Below, piece after piece: positions 59,284 through 64,000 of a DNA stretch of 64,000 nucleotides (within the stretch, counting starts at the first letter, position 1; every line of letters starts with the position of its first letter). Under the pieces are notes generated by a model. The model had not been told where the DNA came from, searched no databases, and saw only the letters and a list, made by a program, of their open reading frames with translations. The DNA is taken from contig JBBSVO010000007.1 of the NCBI GenBank assembly GCA_038046805.1, positions 32,001 through 96,000 of the forward strand, given 5' to 3'. The translations under genes were made by a program, and so were the position numbers. This DNA is from Candidatus Micrarchaeota archaeon. GTDB lineage: Archaea; Micrarchaeota; Micrarchaeia; Anstonellales; Bilamarchaeaceae.

Positions 59284-59598
59284 TCAACTTTGGAGTTTCA
59301 TTTTTTGCAACTCGCCTGCAAGATGTTCTTCATCGGTTCTGAAACCAATATTGCGCACCTTGAGAATATCCAGAAATTCCCAAATGGCAACCCCTGCAAG
59401 TTCTGATGCCTTCCCAGCGCTTACAGTACCATTTTGGTATAACGTAAGTGCGTATTTTATCTTGATTTCCCGTATTCCCACGGCCAGAATTTGCCTAAGA
59501 ATGGTTGTTCTATCTATTTGCTCCATTTTGGCAAGCGCGTCAATTTCCCTAAGAGCTTTCTGCTCCAACCTAAGGGTAGTTACCGTGAGATTTTCCAT
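59284..59598 (-). CDS. UPF0175 (COG2886) family antitoxin-like protein
   Basis: RHH-like N-terminus and AL.LY..G.VS.GKA.ELAG...WEF. Confidence 0.88.
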   Translation of the reverse strand: MENLTVTTLRLEQKALREIDALAKMEQIDRTTILRQILAVGIREIKIKYALTLYQNGTVSAGKASELAGVAIWEFLDILKVRNIGFRTDEEHLAGELQKMKLQS

Positions 59599-59816
59599 GT
59601 TAGCACCAGAATACATTGTATTCTTTTGTATTTTTAACTCTATCTATCCAAATCACAGTGACGTAACCTATTTAAACAATTGTCTAATATATATGGATTA
59701 AAGAAAACCGATAGTGGCGGGACTGGGTCATGGACAAAATTAAGCTAGACATCCGATTGAACGACGTTTCGTTCAAGTCTGTCCAATTTTCAAAGCAAGA
59801 ACGAGGATGAGATAGT

Positions 59817-60506
59817 ATGGACAAGATAAAATTGGACATCGCCGGAGAGATTACCCTTGCAGATGATGCAGGAGCAGCCATGAAGAAATGGCGGGAAATA
59901 TTCGGCATCACCCAAACAGCGCTTGCCAGGCACCTGAACATCACTGTTTCAACAATTAGTGATTATGAAAGCAACAGAAGGCAATCCCCTGGAACCGCGG
60001 TGATAAAACGATTCGTTCATGCGCTTTTTGATATTGACGCAAAGAATGGTGGGGCAATAGGCCAAAGACTAACTGAAAGGGAAAAACCAACTGACCAGTA
60101 TTTTGAAGTTCATGAATTCGCAAGGGGAATAACCCTGAAGGATTTCGTGGAAATAATCCGCGGAAAGGCAATAACAAACCAGGATTTGCTTGAAGGAAAG
60201 AAAATCTATGGATATACTCTTATAGACAGTCTTAAGACAATCCTTGAAATGCCATTCTCATTCTTCCAGTCATTATACGGAAACATAAACGAGCGGGTAT
60301 TCATTTTTACCGGAGTTTCAACCGGAAGAAGCCCGATGGTAGTCATAAGAGTCAGCCCATCAAAGCCTTCGGCAGTAGTAATGCATGGAATAGAAGGGGA
60401 AAAAATGGACAAACTCGCATTAAAAATCTCGGAAAAGGAACGTATTCCGATGATAACTACAAAACTGAGCGTTCAGGAAATGAAGGACGCGCTGAATAAG
60501 ATATAG
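59817..60506 (+). CDS. Archaeal HTH-XRE transcriptional regulator (COG1709-like)
   Basis: IAGEITL..D.G..MKKWR..F...Q, ISDYE..RR.SPG and FTGVSTGRSPMV. Confidence 0.9.
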   Translation: MDKIKLDIAGEITLADDAGAAMKKWREIFGITQTALARHLNITVSTISDYESNRRQSPGTAVIKRFVHALFDIDAKNGGAIGQRLTEREKPTDQYFEVHEFARGITLKDFVEIIRGKAITNQDLLEGKKIYGYTLIDSLKTILEMPFSFFQSLYGNINERVFIFTGVSTGRSPMVVIRVSPSKPSAVVMHGIEGEKMDKLALKISEKERIPMITTKLSVQEMKDALNKI

Positions 60507-60530
60507 GTGTTGGCTGCTGGGTACTGGCTT

Positions 60531-60788
60531 CTAGCCATATGTAGTTTCGTCTCTTCTTGAAATTTTGAAAACGAGAATGACATTGTCCTGCTCAATAATA
60601 GAGTATTGTATTCTGAACGGACCTACACGAATCCTGTAACAATCTGGGCGTCCTTCCAGTGAAATACAACCACGTGGATAGGGAGTATGTTGCAATTCCT
60701 CCAAACGTGCTTTTATTGTGCTTTTGTAGTCTGGCGAAAGTTTTTCTGCAAACTTCTTCGCTTTCTCGGAAACGTGAACTAGATACAT
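60531..60788 (-). CDS. RelE/ParE family toxin
   Basis: L...PYP.G...L.G....YRIRVG..RI.Y.I......LV..I.RR. Confidence 0.9.
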   Translation of the reverse strand: MYLVHVSEKAKKFAEKLSPDYKSTIKARLEELQHTPYPRGCISLEGRPDCYRIRVGPFRIQYSIIEQDNVILVFKISRRDETTYG

Positions 60789-60847
60789 GTTGAAAAGTGG
60801 TGACGGAACCATTTAAAAACTTTTTGCATAATTTTTTCTAGTGGCGA

Positions 60848-61036
60848 CTACAGATTTAGGTCGGAGAGTTTTACAGTAGCCCCTCTCTTATACTCTTGCA
60901 TTGCTTTTTCATAATCAGCTATATCCTCTTTACTCATTCTATCTACCAATATTGCACTTAAGACGGATAGTTGCCTTTTGATTTGTTCTATATCCTTATG
61001 AATTTCATCCAACATCGTGTTTTCTGGCGTTACCAC
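60848..61036 (-). CDS. Putative antitoxin
   Basis: 62 aa upstream of relE with AGGTGA Shine-Dalgarno. The KAMQEYKRG.TVKLS ending resembles the 37744-37932 protein. Confidence 0.7.
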   Translation of the reverse strand: MVTPENTMLDEIHKDIEQIKRQLSVLSAILVDRMSKEDIADYEKAMQEYKRGATVKLSDLNL

Positions 61037-61103
61037 ATATTCACCTAAATATATTATGAATTAACCACTTTTTAATTCTAATCCTCATTATATTGCCTAG
61101 AGA

Positions 61104-61640
61104 TTAAATGCTCTTGACAGGTAGCTTGGATCCGGATTGGCTGTCATCTGACTCGGCCTCTTTATTGATCTCCCCAATTAAACCCAGAACCGTCCTCAAA
61201 ATTACTGGATCATTAATGTAATCCAATAAACGTACGGCTCCAGACACCATTGCCCTACTTACAGGGATCCAATTTGTTTCTCCTGAACACATTGGGAAAG
61301 TTATGCCTATTTTTTCGCCAAGCTGGGATAAGAGACTTTTTGTTACTGGAAGATCCGCTTCTATTAAGATTAAACTATCTCCTCCAGCACAATTCGGGAC
61401 AAACTCTCCTTTTTGAAATCCAGCATAAACAGTTGCTTCGAGCGCTCGTGTCAATGCCTCCCGTGTCAGCACTTTTCGCAAGTCGTGAAGTTGTGCTTCC
61501 GCGGTGTCAGCACGACGGTTCGCCGTATCCGCACGCCTAGATTCCGAAACCCATTTATAACTTGAAAATACAGCAACTGCACCGAGCGCCACTACCGTGC
61601 CAAACGCGGCGAATCTTGCCCCTCTTGAACGAAGATTCAT
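61104..61640 (-). CDS. Membrane-anchored hypothetical protein
   Basis: N-terminal transmembrane helix and an internal RRADTA repeat (twice). Start uncertain. Confidence 0.6.
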   Translation of the reverse strand: MNLRSRGARFAAFGTVVALGAVAVFSSYKWVSESRRADTANRRADTAEAQLHDLRKVLTREALTRALEATVYAGFQKGEFVPNCAGGDSLILIEADLPVTKSLLSQLGEKIGITFPMCSGETNWIPVSRAMVSGAVRLLDYINDPVILRTVLGLIGEINKEAESDDSQSGSKLPVKSI

Positions 61641-61752
61641 AAGGGAATTATTTGCCACCAACGAATTATAAAGAGAAGACACATCCCAAAGCCCTGCCCA
61701 ATGCGAAATTATATATTAGTCTGCCTTGGCGCTATTTCCAGCCTCTAATTAA

Positions 61753-62805
61753 TCATTTATAATTGCCTATGCTCATTGCAATCACCAATGCCAAACCCAG
61801 GTATTCGGGTGACAAATTCTGCCTTATACTCTGGAGGTACGCATCAGCAGCATCTATTGAATACGCATTCTGCCAAGCAAACCCCCGAATAGCATTAACC
61901 CTTTCCAAATTCAGTCTTAATAAATCCATTGAAGGTTCATGTGAGATAATATACGCTGTTCCATGACTTAGCACCATCTTCTCAAAACCAGTTCCTGATA
62001 CACGCATTAATGATCCTAAATGCCGGCTTACATCTTCAATATACGGCACTCCGCGTGCCCAAAGATTCTCAGTGGCTACCAGGTCACCGACCAGTAAAAT
62101 GCCATCTGGAAAAAGAAGGCCTGTCATTAATGTGTGCCCGCTAATGTCCACTGTCTTAATTCTGAATCTTTCAATTCCAACAAGAGTTTGTGAATTCGCT
62201 TCCTGGTCCACAACCCAAAGATCTCCTCTTCTGGAAGTTGACAATCTTTTAAATATTGTTGGGTCTGGCATCATAACCCTTTCTCTAATCCCTAATGTAT
62301 CTCTTAGAATCCTTGCGCATCCAAAATGATCGATATGATGATGTGTGGCTAAAATCGCTTCAACTTCCAGGCCAGTGCTAGCTATTAACTCAGCAATCTG
62401 GGCCACCCGTTCAATAAAAATTCCATCATGTGGATCGCGAATGATATCGTGCTCGGTGATATATCCGTCCAAATCGCGCAACAGCTGCCGACGGGCTTCA
62501 GTTGTGCTTAATCTTTCATTAATAATCCCAGAAATAGCATTGATATCGGTTGTCCTAAGAACTTCCCCAATTGCTTCCCAGATTCTCCGAACGTATCCGG
62601 CGCGGAACTCCCGCTCTATTTTTTTTGTAACACTCGGATCAACAATAACGCATTTGTTACTTCTCGGATCAAGCACAAAGATCAGTCCTGTGGCCCACCC
62701 GTCTTTGATGACATACGTATTATCTGTAATGGGTTCGACTAATGAGTGTTTCCTCAAACGACTCACAGGTTCACAAAAATTAGTTGAAACACGGGCAACT
62801 GACAT
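61753..62805 (-). CDS. Metallo-beta-lactamase fold hydrolase with an insertion
   Basis: IVDP, THHHIDH, GHT, VGD and SHG. Confidence 0.82.
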   Translation of the reverse strand: MSVARVSTNFCEPVSRLRKHSLVEPITDNTYVIKDGWATGLIFVLDPRSNKCVIVDPSVTKKIEREFRAGYVRRIWEAIGEVLRTTDINAISGIINERLSTTEARRQLLRDLDGYITEHDIIRDPHDGIFIERVAQIAELIASTGLEVEAILATHHHIDHFGCARILRDTLGIRERVMMPDPTIFKRLSTSRRGDLWVVDQEANSQTLVGIERFRIKTVDISGHTLMTGLLFPDGILLVGDLVATENLWARGVPYIEDVSRHLGSLMRVSGTGFEKMVLSHGTAYIISHEPSMDLLRLNLERVNAIRGFAWQNAYSIDAADAYLQSIRQNLSPEYLGLALVIAMSIGNYK

Positions 62806-62975
62806 GCAATATTAATACCCCCGAAAGTATTTTAGATTAGAAGCATTTGGTTCCGGACAATGTGCGAATGTAGCAATGGTTTGTTGGGTAATTGGTCAAT
62901 GTTTGATTTTATCTATGGGGAAGAAACCAAAAAACCAAAACCATTTATATATGCTCATGTCCTATAATATCCCTT

Positions 62976-64000
62976 ATGACAGAAAAGAAAACGAAATTTA
63001 TAGTTGTAGCCGGGTCTATCATGTCCGGGCTAGGTAAGGGGATTCTAACTTCTTCTATCGGAAAGCTTCTGCAGGCTAGAGGATACAATGTAATACCGAT
63101 TAAATTTGATGGTTACCTTAACGTAGATTGCGGTACAATGAACCCGTTCAGGCACGGAGAGGTATTCGTTCTTGATGACGGAACCGAAGTGGATATGGAT
63201 TTTGGGACTTATGAACGATTTTTGAACATCTCAATTCCGGGTGCAAGCAGCATAACCGGCGGGAAATTATTCTCGCGGATTATTGAAAAGGAACGAAAAG
63301 GTGAATATCTCGGAAGGGATGTGCAATTTGTTCCGCATCTGACTGATGAGATAAAGGACCGGGTGCGCGAAGTCGGAAAGAAAAACAATGCAGATATCGT
63401 ATTGATAGAAGTTGGCGGAACTGTTGGAGATCTGGAAAACGGATATTTCCTTGAGGCAATGCGGCAATTATCATTTGAAGAAGATAACATGTTATTCATA
63501 CAACTTACATACGTGCCAAGCCTATCCGAAGGAGAATTGAAGACTAAACCGACTCAGCATGCAACCAGGTTATTGCAGAGCATGGGTATACAGCCACACA
63601 TGGTAATATGCAGGGAGCAGGAGCCTCTTACAGAAGAGGCAAAGAAAAAAATAAGCATATATTGCAATGTAAAGGAAGAGGCTGTTTTTGACGATCCGAT
63701 GGTAAGAACGGTCTATGAATTGCCACTTGTATTGGAAAAACAGGGAATTTACAAGGCGATTGCAGAGAAACTTGGACTGGATGAAAAGCGCGAGGCAGAT
63801 TTGAAAGAATGGAAAAAATCCGTAGAAAAAATTATCGAACCAAAGGGCAGAGTTCTCAAGGTTGCAATTGTCGGAAAATATACCGCAGTTAAGGATGCAT
63901 ATGTAAGCGTGAAGGAAGCATTGGTTCATGCAGCGTCTGCAATAAACCATGGGTTAGAAGTAAAATGGGTGGAATCTGCAGATCTTGAAGGAAGTGCCAG
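62976..64000 (+). CDS. pyrG: CTP synthase (3' end outside window)
   Basis: MSGLGKG, YLNVD.GTMNP..HGEVFV..DG.E.D.D.G.YERF, KTKPTQH and VGKY. Confidence 0.97.
   Translation, partial: MTEKKTKFIVVAGSIMSGLGKGILTSSIGKLLQARGYNVIPIKFDGYLNVDCGTMNPFRHGEVFVLDDGTEVDMDFGTYERFLNISIPGASSITGGKLFSRIIEKERKGEYLGRDVQFVPHLTDEIKDRVREVGKKNNADIVLIEVGGTVGDLENGYFLEAMRQLSFEEDNMLFIQLTYVPSLSEGELKTKPTQHATRLLQSMGIQPHMVICREQEPLTEEAKKKISIYCNVKEEAVFDDPMVRTVYELPLVLEKQGIYKAIAEKLGLDEKREADLKEWKKSVEKIIEPKGRVLKVAIVGKYTAVKDAYVSVKEALVHAASAINHGLEVKWVESADLEGSA

Noticed and set aside
59808..59810. Selenocysteine or alternative genetic code at the in-frame TGA
   Set aside because: TGA terminates clear genes here (cax, polB region neighbours, pcn, purQ), and no SECIS-like evidence was seen.
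1..64000. CRISPR array, cas genes, rRNA genes, integrase or transposase
   Set aside because: No regularly spaced repeat-spacer series and no recognisable motifs for these were found.

Overview
Archaeal chromosomal segment, most consistent with a DPANN lineage such as Micrarchaeota. This placement is an inference from GGTGA Shine-Dalgarno motifs, TTTAAA TATA boxes, the archaeal informational genes, a tandem-Lrp regulator and a multi-intron tRNA. The housekeeping backbone comprises AMP phosphorylase (partial), purH, pyrD, Ca2+/H+ antiporter, PolB, Pus10, 2-oxoacid:ferredoxin oxidoreductase alpha/beta, a Hef-like helicase, cytidine deaminase, aIF5B, a kinase-dCMP deaminase fusion, PCNA, the rps19e-PDCD5-rpl39e-rpl31e-eif6-rpl18a-pfdA-ftsY operon, fibrillarin, PfpI, ferredoxin plus geranylgeranyl reductase, folC, purQ and pyrG (partial). 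It is interspersed with many divergent single genes (PI3K/HipA-like kinase, sigma70 region 4-like protein, receiver-domain proteins, PP2C-like, transglutaminase-like, metallo-beta-lactamase fold, HEXXH proteins) and three toxin-antitoxin pairs. The most notable signals are: (1) a tRNA-Tyr(GUA) split by three bulge-helix-bulge (BHB) introns at 6086-6376; (2) an Lrp-controlled cluster with a 24-aa leader ORF, a carboxylate-amine ligase, a GNAT and an M20 hydrolase; (3) a dispersed family of 7-bp-period repeats, two of them inside polB and hef; (4) two strongly structured intergenic elements at 15954-16122 and 33812-33987; (5) several short duplications of gene ends or starts. No CRISPR array, rRNA gene, integrase or transposase was seen. 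All family calls come from motif recognition by eye, not from database searches.
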